Assembly (NCBI RefSeq): GCF_006345805.1
Contig: NW_021832690.1
Coordinates: forward strand, 1 to 32,582
Direction: 5' to 3'
Origin: Octopus sinensis
Lineage: Eukaryota
Length of the DNA stretch: 32,582 bases
The notes under the pieces are model-generated. The model was given only the letters and a program-made list of their open reading frames with translations, ran no database searches and was not told where the DNA came from. A program made the translations under genes and the position numbers. The first letter of the stretch is position 1, and every line of letters begins with the position of its first letter. Positions 23,071 to 32,582 of the stretch are shown here, piece by piece.

Positions 23071-23462
23071 TGTAATAATGATTTTGAAAATTCTTCTCAA
23101 TATAAATGATTGAGTGAGAAAGAAAGAGAGAGAGAGAAGGGGGGAGGGATAGGGAGCGGGGAGAAATGTAGGTAGCTAAAGAAAATAATTTACAGCCAAG
23201 ATATTTACCATTCCAAACACAGATTAAACATTCTCTGTGTAGAATTCTTGTTAATTTCGTATACAACCAACTTCCCTCTCTCCTTCCACCCTCACTCTCC
23301 TAAATTCTTTTTCTTTCTCTCCTTCTTACATTTTCTTATCTTTCATTTTCTTACTCTACAATACAAGCACACACACACACACAACACACACACACACACA
23401 CACTCTATTTCTCTCTCTCTTTGTCTGTCTGTATGTCTCTCTCTCTCTCTCTCTCTCTCTCG

Positions 23463-23499
<37 letters not shown>

Positions 23500-24079
23500 T
23501 GCATGAGAAACAATAAGAAAGAGTTGAAAATTTATTAAATTTTTATACATACAAGCAAATGTTTGAATAAAACAAATTTTACTTCTTGACAGGTAAACAT
23601 TTTTATCATATATTTATATATTTGAACACACATAAACAACCCCCTCCCTCCCAGGCACACATGTATATAAACTTCTCACTTTCTCATAGCTGCTATGATT
23701 TGGAGTTTCATGTTAAAATAATTATTTGACATGTGCAAAATGTGCATGTAATGTATCTGAGTTGAATGACAATATTTTATTTTTATTTTTAAAATATATT
23801 TTTCCCCCCAAAAATGCATTTACATAGTTGTTCTGCAACAGCTAATTTTTCCTTTCTTTTTTTTTTGCTGCAGATTTTGACTCAGATCTGTAACATGTCT
23901 ATCTGATGAGTGTGCAAACATTACCTTCACATGAAACTCTGTCTTGAGGCACCTGTGTTGTCATTACAATCATCATTAAAGCTTATTGTAGACCCTCACT
24001 ATATTCATTGTAGAATATACTTTGCTTTTATTTTAAGAACCACAACAGAGTGTGTGTATGTGTGTGTGTGTGTGTATAA

Positions 24080-24395
24080 TCATCATCCTCATCATATAAA
24101 ACGTCGCTTTTTCAAGCCTGGTCAGGCTCATGGGCCTGGTTTCCCGGTTTCTGTGGCGTATGTGTTCCCCCCGCCCCCGCTGGACAAGACGCCAGTCCAT
24201 CGCAGCGTTACTCAAGAAACAGGAAGAGAGAGTGAGAGAAAGTTGTGGTGAAAGAGTACAGCAGAGATCATCACCACCTCCTGCCAGAGCCTTGTGGAGC
24301 TTTTAGGTGTTTTCGGTCAATAAAAACGCACAACGCCCGGTCTGGGAATTGAAACCACGAGTCCACTGCCCTAACAACTGGGCCATTGCGCCTCC
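24080..24395 (-). mobile_element. SINE family D
   Basis: Reverse complement begins GGAGGCGCAATGGCCCAGTTGTTAGGGCAG and contains GCGATGGACTGGCGTCTTGTCCAG, which resembles a segment of V-SINEs (not verified by alignment); (GAT)n tail. Confidence 0.8.
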
Positions 24396-24396
24396 G

Positions 24397-24910
24397 CTCA
24401 TCATCATATACTACCCTTTTTTCCATGCTGGCATAGGTTGCACAGTTTGACAGGAACAGATGAGCAAGGGAGAATCTTCCAGGTTCTATGTCTTCTGTGA
24501 CAAGATAATCTCATAACAGAGTGTGCTGGGTGCTTTTTTATGTGGCCCCAGCACTGGGGAGATCACCAAGTATCTGAAATTGTTGTACTCAAGAAGACCC
24601 ACCCACCACAACAGAATTGAGATCCTAAAACCAAGGTGCCATGTAAAAAGCATTGGTGTGAGTGTTGGTGCCACATAAAAAGCACTGATGTTCATGCCAC
24701 AGAAAAAGCATTGGCGACTGTGCCTTATAAAAAGCACCTGGTATAGCCTGTAAACTGGTTGGCATTAGGAAGGGCATACAGCTGTAAAAACGAAGCTAAA
24801 ACAGGCTATGGAATCCGGTGCAGCCTCTGCCCTTGCCAATTCCTATCAGGCCATCCAACCCATGCTTGTATGGAAAATAGTCCTTAAATGTTGATGATTA
24901 TGATAATGAT
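24397..24910. mobile_element. Two decayed family C copies in opposite orientation (tails outward)
   Basis: Minus copy 24397-24560 (CATCATCAT..TTTTCCATGCTGGCATAGGTTG); plus copy 24630-24910 (GGTTGGCATTAGGAAGGGCATACAGCTGTAAAAAC..CATCCAACCCATGC..GATGATTATGATAATGATG). Confidence 0.7.
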
Positions 24911-25132
24911 GTGCACCGAATCTCAACCATCTGACCCTTTCTTTAAAACACCCCCTTAACGTATCAGGTAAAATGCTTAGTGACATTTCTTTTAGACCTT
25001 TATAATCTGGGTTCAGATACTACTGTGGTCAGCTTTGCCTATCATCCTTCTGGAGTTGATAAAATAAAAGTACCAGTCAGATACTGGAGTCAATATAATC
25101 AACTAGCCCTTGCTCTGAAATTCCTGGACTTA

Positions 25133-25525
25133 CTCTCTTTCCCTTTTACTTGTTTCAGTCATTTGACTGCGGCCATGCTGGAGCACCGCTTTTAATCAAG
25201 CAACTCGACCCCGGGAATTATTCTTTTGTAAGCCCAGTACTTATTCTATCAGTCTCTTTTGCCGAAACGCTAAGTGACAGGGACGTAAACTCACCAGCAT
25301 TGGTTGTCAAGCAATGCTAGGGAAACAAACACAGACACACAAACACACACATGCATATATATATATACTTATATACGACAGGCTTCTCTTCAGTTTCCGT
25401 CTACCAAATCCACTCACAAGGCTTTGGTCGGCCTGAGGCTATAGTAGAAGACACTTGCCCAAGGTGCCACGCAGTGGGACTGAATCTAGAACCATGTGGT
25501 TGGTAAACAAGCTACTTACCACACA
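25133..25525 (-). mobile_element. SINE family A
   Basis: Reverse complement of the full-length layout. Confidence 0.9.
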
Positions 25526-25830
25526 TTTCTTTAATGCCCACAAGGGGCTACACGCACTTAGGACAAACAAGGATAGACAAACGGATTAAGTCTATTGCAT
25601 CGACCTCAGTGCGTAACTGGTACTTATTTAATCGATCCCGAAAGGATGAAAGGCAAAGTCGACCTCAGCAGAATTTGAACACTGAACAATAGCAGCAAAC
25701 GAAATACCTATTTCTTTACTACCCACAAGGGGCTACACGCAGAGGGGATAAACAAGGACAGACAAAGGGATTAAGTAATTTTACATCGACCCCAGTGCGC
25801 GACTTGTACTTAATTTATCGACTTAATTTA
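25526..25830 (-). mobile_element. SINE family B, two tandem bodies
   Basis: Reverse complement of the 1062-1647 units, e.g. TTTCTTTACTACCCACAAGGGGCTACAC and GATCCCGAAAGGATGAAAGGCAAAGTCGACCTC. Confidence 0.85.
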
Positions 25831-25843
25831 TTTGACTTAATTT

Positions 25844-26030
25844 ATTTGACTGAGGCCCTGCTGGAGCACCACCTTTAGTCGAGCAAATCGACCCCGGGAC
25901 TTATTCTTTATAAGCCCAGTACTTATTCTATCGATATCTTTTGCCGAACCGCTAAGTGACGGGGACGTAAACACACCAGCATCGGTTGTCAAACAATGCT
26001 TGGGGGACAAAAACAGACACACAAACACAT

Positions 26031-26083
<53 letters not shown>

Positions 26084-26250
26084 TACGACAGGCTTCTTTC
26101 AGTTTCCGTCCACCAAATCCACTCACAAGGCATTGGTCACCCCGAGGCTATAGCAGAAGACACTTGCCCAAGATGCTACGCTGTGGGACTGAACCCGGAA
26201 CCATGTGGCTTGTTAGCAAGCTACTTACCACACAGCCACTCCTGCGCCTA
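25844..26250 (-). mobile_element. Full-length SINE family A
   Basis: Ends CACACAGCCACTCCTGCGCCTA, the reverse complement of the head. Confidence 0.9.
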
Positions 26251-26689
26251 TAATTACTTCTATAATTAAAATTTATATGTTTTCTGTATAGATACAAGAC
26301 AACTAGGTAGAAGATAAGACAATGGATCCAGTATCTAGTTGCAGAAACAGATATAAATAAAGTTCTAGTTTCAATTCCATGTTGCTGCAAAATATTACAC
26401 CTTCGTGGACATGTTGTCAAATTAGGCACTTTATTCTATTTCCATTTTTGGTCTAATTAACAAAGACTAGAACTGCACTTACTGTTTCACTTTAATTACA
26501 ACTAACTATAATCACATTTGTAATTATAATGATTGTTTTTTGTTTTTTTTTATTTGTAGGTGAGTATCTTTGGATTAAATTCAAGAGAGTGTGAGATCAA
26601 AACCAGTCAGATAAGTGAAGTTTATCAATATTATCTGCTATAATTTCTAATTTGCCAAAAAACATCAGCATTTTCAGCTGTCAACACGA

Positions 26690-26863
26690 AACCATGTGGC
26701 TCTTTGATTTTGTATGTTCTGGGCTCAATGTTGTGTTCTTGAGCAAGACACTTTATTGCATACATTATTTACATTTGACAGATATTTGTCCTCATCTTGT
26801 TTGTTTTTGCATGCAACGTTTCGGCTGATATACCCTCCAGCCTTCATCAGGTGTTTTTTGATG

Positions 26864-26909
<46 letters not shown>

Positions 26910-27222
26910 TATTATTATTATTATTATTCAGGTCACTGCCTAGAATTGAACTCTTAACCACTATGCCATATGCCCTTTATTTCTCGCTGCTCCAGTTCAC
27001 TCAGCTGTAGAAATGAGTTGCAACATCACTGATGCCAAACTGTATCGGCCCCTTTGCATTTCCCTTGGATAGCACCAGTGGTATTGAGAGGGGAGGCTGG
27101 TATGCATGGGCAACTGCTAGTCTTCCATAAACAACCTTACTTGGACTTATACCTCTGAGGGGAACTTTCTAGGTGCAATCCCACGATCATTCATGACTGA
27201 AGGGGGTCTTTACCCTTTACCC
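26690..27222 (+). mobile_element. SINE family F split by a 218-bp insertion
   Basis: GAGCAAGACACTTTATT|insert|TTTATTTCTCGCTGCTCCAG; the uninterrupted junction is seen at ~19945-19975. Confidence 0.85.
26758..26975 (-). mobile_element. tRNA-headed SINE-like insert with (AAT)n and hammerhead-bearing 3' part
   Basis: Minus strand: GGGCATATGGCATAGTGG (A box)..GAGTTCAATTC (B box)..(AAT)n..ACAC-CTGATGA-A-GGCTG-GAGGGTATAT-CAGCC-GAAA-CG-TT. Flanked by a TTTATT direct repeat (26752-57 and 26976-81). Confidence 0.8.
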
Positions 27223-27631
27223 TATATGTTTAAGCGGAATTGCACTTGTTTAGGGAACTGATTTTGGGAGTTAAAGAAGGAGGCCTCAGTTTTTGATTAA
27301 TACTTTATTTATTGACCCTGCTGGGGTGAATAACAAATTATGCCTTGGTGGGATTCAAACTCAGAGCACACTTAGTTGGAACAAATACCACAAGGCATCA
27401 GTTAGTCGAAGACCATAATGCCTCTGTGAATTCACAGCTTTTTTAACATAATAAATCAATGTTATGAAGGTCTATAGGTGCTGGCTTGACTGTGTGGTTA
27501 AGACATTTGCTTTGCAGCCACATGGATTCAGGTTCAGTCCCACTACACAGCACCTTAGGTGGGCAAGGGTCTTAGCCCTGGGAGCAACCAATTTTTTGAG
27601 TGTGAATTTGGTAGACTGAATAGATATATGT

Positions 27632-27900
27632 GGCACGGGAGTGGCTGTGTGGTAAGTAGTTTGCTTACTAACCACATGGTTCTGGGTTCAGTACCAATGC
27701 ATGGCACCTTGGGCAAGTGTCTTCTACTATAGCCTCGGGCCGACCAAAGCCTTGTGAGCAGATTTGGTAGATGGAAACTGAAAAAAGCCCGTCGTATGTA
27801 TATGTGCATATATATGTGTGTCTGTGTTTGCCCCCCAACATCGTTTGACAACCGATGCTGGTGTATTTACGTTCCTGTAACAATGACTAAAAGAAGTCAA
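27632..27900 (+). mobile_element. SINE family A, 3'-decayed; preceded by an older head at ~27475-27620
   Basis: GGCACGGGAGTGGCTGTGTGGTAAGTAG head, CORE-like segment and body. Confidence 0.85.
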
Positions 27901-27989
27901 AAATAAAAAACAAAATATAAATAAAAATAAAAATATTAAAAATAAAAATAAAGTAGTAAAATAAATAGGGGAAAAATAGAATAATAAGA

Positions 27990-28029
<40 letters not shown>

Positions 28030-28039
28030 TAATAATAAT

Positions 28040-28242
28040 GCAGACACAAGGCCTGAAACTTTGGGGGAGGGGACTAGTTGATTATATCGACCCAGTGTTT
28101 CACTGATACTTAATTTAGTGACCCCGAAAGGGTGAAAGGCAAAGTTGACCTTGGTGGAATTTGAACTCAGAATGTAGCGGCAAACGAAATACCACTAAGC
28201 ATTTCATCCAGTGTGCTAATGACTCTGGCAGTTTGCCGCCTT
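28040..28242 (-). mobile_element. SINE family B variant between (AAT)n tracts
   Basis: GACCCCGAAAGGGTGAAAGGCAAAGTTGACCTTGGTGGAATTTGAACTCAGAATG...GGCAGTTTGCCGCCTTA. Confidence 0.8.
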
Positions 28243-28263
28243 ATAATAATAATAATAATAATG

Positions 28264-28296
<33 letters not shown>

Positions 28297-28650
28297 GAAA
28301 TTGAAAAAATGTGGCATCTCAAGGTGACTACAGTACCAGTGATTGTAGGATCTCTAGAAATGATAAAAAAAAAGGTACTGAAACCTATTTGAAAAGGACA
28401 CCAGGCTTACCGTCTCTATAGGAAGTGCAAAAAATCGTATTAACTGGAACGGCTCATGTACTGAGAAGAGCATTAACGCTGTGAAAGCAACATCCATCCA
28501 TGAATTTATTCATTTATTCATTTTTAAATACGTATTTTACCTGTGAATTTGCACGTGTGATCTGGGAATGCATACAATGCCCTTCTCTGCCTAGGTGTAT
28601 GGAAAACACTCGGCGAGAAATGGAAGAAAATTAGAAGAAAGAAGGAAAAA
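28297..28650 (+). mobile_element. 5'-truncated RLE-type non-LTR retrotransposon (R4/Dong-like) 3' end
   Basis: EIEKMWHLKVTTVPVIVGSLEMIKK-GTETYLKRTPGLPSL*EVQKIVLTGTAHVLRRALTL* is a typical RLE-domain C-terminus (PVIVG.LG ... VQK.VL.GT.H.LR). A ~165-bp 3' UTR follows, and (AAT)n flanks both sides. Confidence 0.85.
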
Positions 28651-28710
28651 ATAGTAGTAGTAGTAATAATAATAATTATAATAATAATAATAATAGCAAT
28701 GATGATGATA

Positions 28711-28759
<49 letters not shown>

Positions 28760-29339
28760 TAATAATAATAATAAAGCAATTATGTTTCTGGTGAAAGGTG
28801 AAAGGAGAAGGGGAGGAGGAGAGAAGAATGAATGAAATGATATGATAAAACTGTTAATGACAGAAACATTTATCTGAATAAAAGAATTAAAAATATGAAA
28901 GATGTTAGATGACGTTTTGGTCTCAGTGGCTTCTGGCAATAGAGAAAAGATTATAACTGGCCATGCAGTAGAAATACTCTATTGTAAATCAGATATTGCT
29001 ACTGCTACTGTATTTCAACTTCCAGATGTACTGTGAGAAAGATGTGGAGTTGTCTATGGACTTAAACGAGTAACTGTGTTGTGTAGTGTGTGAGTGGTTC
29101 TCAAACGTACTTTCTCTGATACCTGTGTAGTAGAGTAGGCAAGATACAGTTTCTCTGAAATTCTTCATTGGCTGGTTGGTTGGTTGGTTGGTTGGTTGGT
29201 GTGGGTTGCTTTGGTTGAATGATATTATTTGTGGTTGGATAATATTTGAAATGTGATTTTATTCGAGCAGCTGTTGCTGATTTTAACATTGTTGTTATTG
29301 AAGTGTTTATAATATTTATTAGCTACATTTTCACATACA

Positions 29340-29804
29340 CACACATTAATGTTATTCATATATATATTATATATATATATTATATATATATATATATGTG
29401 TGTGTAGGTAGGTAGGTATATATATATGTGTATGTATGGATATGTATGTGTGTGTTATATATATATGTATACATATGTATGTATATATGTATACATATAT
29501 ATTATATATATATGTATACATATATATGTATGTATATGTATACATATGTATGTATATATGTATACATATATATATGTATGTATATATATATATACATATA
29601 TATATATGTATGTATACATATATATATATATGTATGTATATGCATCATATATATATATATGTATGTATATGCATTATATATATGTGTGTGTGTATATACA
29701 TATGTATGTATATACATGTATATATATATATACATATATATATATGCATGTATATTTGTATATATGTATGTATAGATATATATGTATGCATGTATGTATA
29801 TGTG

Positions 29805-29835
<31 letters not shown>

Positions 29836-29870
29836 GTATGGTTGTTTTTGTGTGTGTTTGTGCATAAGTG
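29340..29870. repeat. TA/TATG microsatellite
   Basis: Directly visible. Confidence 0.95.
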
Positions 29871-29883
29871 TAGGTAATATATG

Positions 29884-30020
29884 TATTCTTAAACAACAAT
29901 GTTGTTGGTAGTGACTTCTAAGTTTTAGCCAGCTAAGCCCTCATCGAACTGTTAGTCCGATGATGGCTTGGCTGCCTGAAACTTCGAAGTCGCTGTCAAT
30001 GACATTCTTTTTTAAGAGTA
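29884..30020. repeat. 137-bp foldback, each arm carrying a hammerhead-like motif
   Basis: Arms 29884-29950 and 29954-30020 around a 3-nt loop. Plus: AGT-CCGATGA-TGGCTTGGCTGCCT-GAAA-CTTCGAAG-TC^GCTG. Minus: AGT-TCGATGA-GGGCTTAGCTGGCT-AAAA-CTTAGAAG-TC^ACTA. Confidence 0.8.
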
Positions 30021-30501
30021 ATAAATTTGTAACCTTTAGGATTATCCATCACATTGATGTAAAATTGATTTTTACATTTTTCTAAAAGCAAACATAAATA
30101 GGTGTGTGTATGTATGCATATATATATTTAACCGTTTATTGTATGTATGCATATATATATTTAACCGTTTATATGCATATATATATTTAACCATATATTG
30201 TTTAACCGTTACCGTTTTCAATTTCGTTTTCGTCTCTCGTATTTACATCCATCTCGTGCGTTCACATTCCTGTCTTCTACCAAGAAATCTAATGCTTACA
30301 GCTTAGTTTTTTTCATGGGGCTGGCCGAGTTGGAGCAAATATCAGAATTGAACAGCCGAAATTTGCTATGATGATTCGGTGTCTGACTGAAGATTGAAGG
30401 CTTCGAATGATTTGTCTGTGTTCCGTGTTTGTCCTTTCCTGTATTTCACGTTCTTTATATATAAAATATTTTCCCTATATATGTATATATATATATATAT
30501 T

Positions 30502-30551
<50 letters not shown>

Positions 30552-30563
30552 CACATATATATA

Positions 30564-31351
30564 TACAAGTAATGAGAGAGAGTCCACATGTGGTCACTCT
30601 AATGCTAGATATAGATCCACAAAGGGAATCCACCACTAAAGAATAGTTCTCAAGAATTAGTTTAATGAGCCAAGAATGACCACATGTGTTAGAGTGACCA
30701 CATGTGAACTCTCTCTCATTACTTGTATCAATAATTTTTACTGTATCCCAGTTTTTATACGCTAGGTCACTTGGTGTTTTAAATTGATGTTATAAATTAA
30801 TATTCAATTTTTTCACCCTTATTGTGATTTTAATTATAAATTAATATGTTCTCAAACCGGCAGTAAATTACTTGGGTAGTATTTACATCCGGGTTTAGCG
30901 CGCGAGAATGAGGATATTTGAACGTAGCTGCAGATATAATCGGCTGTGCCATTCGCCTTTGTTCGGCTTCGTGTGAATACTGGTGTTTGACTCAGCAAGT
31001 TATATTTTTTTTATATACTCTACTGAAGATCTGAAAATGATTATGTAAGTAAAATTACACAATCTATTAACAGTGAAACAATTGTATAGAGTTAATCTAT
31101 TTTTTTCGTTATTTTTCATTTGTCCTGCTCGCTTACATTTTTGGCGCATTAAACTAATTCTTGAGAACAATTCTTTAGTGGTGGATTCCCTTCGTGGATC
31201 TATATCTAGCGTTAGAGTGACCACATGTGGACTCTCTCATTACTTGTATTAATAATTTTTACTGAATCCCAGTTTCTATACGCCAGGCCACTTGGTGTTT
31301 TAAATTTATTTTATTAATTAATATTCAATTTTTTGACCCTTATTGTGATTT
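30564..31351 (+). mobile_element. Non-coding PLE-like composite: inverted fragment, partial monomer, then ~520-bp monomer
   Basis: 30564-30673 is the reverse complement of 31141-31248; 30688-30830 is a direct repeat of 31211-31351; hammerhead at 31017-31092. Confidence 0.75.
31017..31092 (+). ncRNA. Type I hammerhead ribozyme motif with long stem II
   Basis: ACTCTA-CTGAAGA-T CTG...CAG T-GAAA-CAATTG-TA^TAGAGT. Perfect 6-bp stem I, canonical core, palindromic stem III (ACAATTGT), GUA triplet. Confidence 0.8.
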
Positions 31352-31374
31352 ATATATATATGTATATATATAAA

Positions 31375-32582
31375 GGGAAAGTTTACGAAAATAAACAAAA
31401 AACGAAGACAGGTGGAGTACAAACAAACAAATGTATTAGTATAGTGCTCAGGAATAGAAAAAGTCTTTTACGTTTCGAGCCTACACTCTTCGACAGAAAG
31501 ATACACAGAAAAAAGCAAGGAGAGAAATAAATGTGTGTAGTAGCTAACGATCTATCATGGCATCCTGACTTCGGACAATGGTCAGACGCGAGAGGGACAG
31601 TAGGGGAGATAACAGGGTCAAGTGACTTCCAATATGAAGGTGCCCCCAACACAAAGGTGGCTCTGTGTGTATAAGAGAGTATGTATGTGCGTGTGTGAAA
31701 GAGGGCTGGTGGTCTGGACGTGTGTGTGTGTAAGTATGTGTGGGTTGAGATGTGGGGATGGGGTGTGTGGTGGGTGTTGTTTGTGATGTGATGTGTAATG
31801 TTGTATGGGTAGTGTGTGTGGTGTGATGTTGTGGGGAGGTGGGGGGGAGGCGCGGAGAGTGGGGAAGCAAGGTGGGGTGTGGGTTCGGCTGGGATTTGGG
31901 GTAGAGTGGGGGTGGTGGGTAGGTAGAGGGTGGGGTTAGGGGTGAGGTATACGGGGAAGGGGTGAGGTATGTGGGGGAGAGATGTAGGATAGGGGTGAGG
32001 CATGGGGGAAGGGGTGGGAAGGATAGGGAAGGTGGAGTAGGGGTGGGTGGGTTTATGGGGGGAGGACAAGATGGGTATATGAGGAGAGAGAGGAGGAGAG
32101 AGAAGAGAAGAGGGGGGAGGATGAGGGGAGAGAGGAGAGGAGAGGGAGAGGAGGAAGGAGGGGAGAGAAGGGGAGTGAGGGAGAAAAGGGAAGAAGGGAA
32201 AAAGGGAAGAAGAGGGAAAGAGAGTAGGGGTGAAAAGATGTAGGAGTGAAGAGAAGTAGGAGTTGGGAGGAGGTTAGATGAAAAGGGTGGGGAGGGATGA
32301 GCCTAAATGGCATAAGAGAGAAGATTAATCCCTGTTCACGGTGCAAGTGGGAATCCGGATGGCCTCTGTGCAAGGACAATCCGAACACAGACAGGTGTTG
32401 CTAGGAGTGACCGGTGGAGCGGAAATGGCATGAGACTGGAGTGTCATTGGCGAGGCGGATGTCTCGGAGGTGTTCTGCGAAACCGGTCAGCCAAGCGGTG
32501 TTCCGTTTGTCCGATGTACAGGGAATGGCAGAGAGAGAGCAGGAGATGCTATAGATGATATTGCTGGAGGTGCAGGTGAAGG
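31375..32582 (-). mobile_element. Penelope-like element 3' end (GIY-YIG pseudogene, long low-complexity 3' UTR, terminal repeat); runs off the window
   Basis: 32582-32290 minus reads FTCTSSNIIYSISCSL/CHSLYIGQTEHRLADRF/AEHLRDIRLANDTPVSCHFRSTGHS*QHLSVFGLSLHRGHPDSHLHREQGLIFSL, with two frameshifts and a stop at 32401-32403. The terminal repeat carries TCTTT-CTGTCGA-A-GAGT-GTAG-GCTC-GAAA-CG-TA^AAAGA at 31464-31501. Confidence 0.9.

Noticed and set aside
28905-29075. 45-codon open frame (MLDDVLVSV..) and a possible 44-nt exon (CCAG|ATGTAC..ACGA|GTAACT)
   Set aside because: Short, unrecognised, modest splice signals; expected by chance.
30380-30420. CTGAAGA..GAAGGCTTCGAAT
   Set aside because: Stem II loop impossible, GAAA absent, no stem I.
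2165-30646. Dozens of Y/I/C/V/H/T-rich ORFs in the track
   Set aside because: Translations of (TA)n, (TG)n, (CA)n and (AAT)n microsatellites or of SINE sequence; no protein signal.
31383-32069. 228-aa Pro/His/Thr-rich ORF
   Set aside because: Reading of the low-complexity C-rich strand of the PLE 3' UTR.

Overview
Eukaryotic, AT-rich, repeat-saturated non-coding DNA, most likely from an octopus genome (inferred from the tRNA-headed CORE- and Nin/Deu-type SINEs and the extreme (TA)n/(CA)n/(AAT)n load). I find no supportable host protein-coding gene, tRNA, rRNA or CRISPR array; almost all ORFs in the track are microsatellite or SINE read-through. The window contains many SINE copies from about five families, four decayed or deleted mariner elements, a 3' end of an RTE-clade LINE, a 3' end of an R4/Dong-like RLE retrotransposon inside (TAA)n, two Penelope-like element (PLE) remnants, and two near-identical kb-scale tandem duplications that may be assembly artefacts. 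The most interesting signal is structural RNA. About ten type-I hammerhead ribozyme (HHR) motifs from roughly six unrelated repeat families can be read by eye. They occur in unusual architectures: a 494-bp palindrome and a 137-bp foldback each with one HHR per strand, a tRNA-promoter SINE ending in an HHR, a 166-bp tandem retrozyme-like dimer, and a non-coding PLE-like unit with a near-canonical HHR. HHRs in PLE repeats and retrozymes are known in animals; whether these particular architectures have been described was not checkable here.
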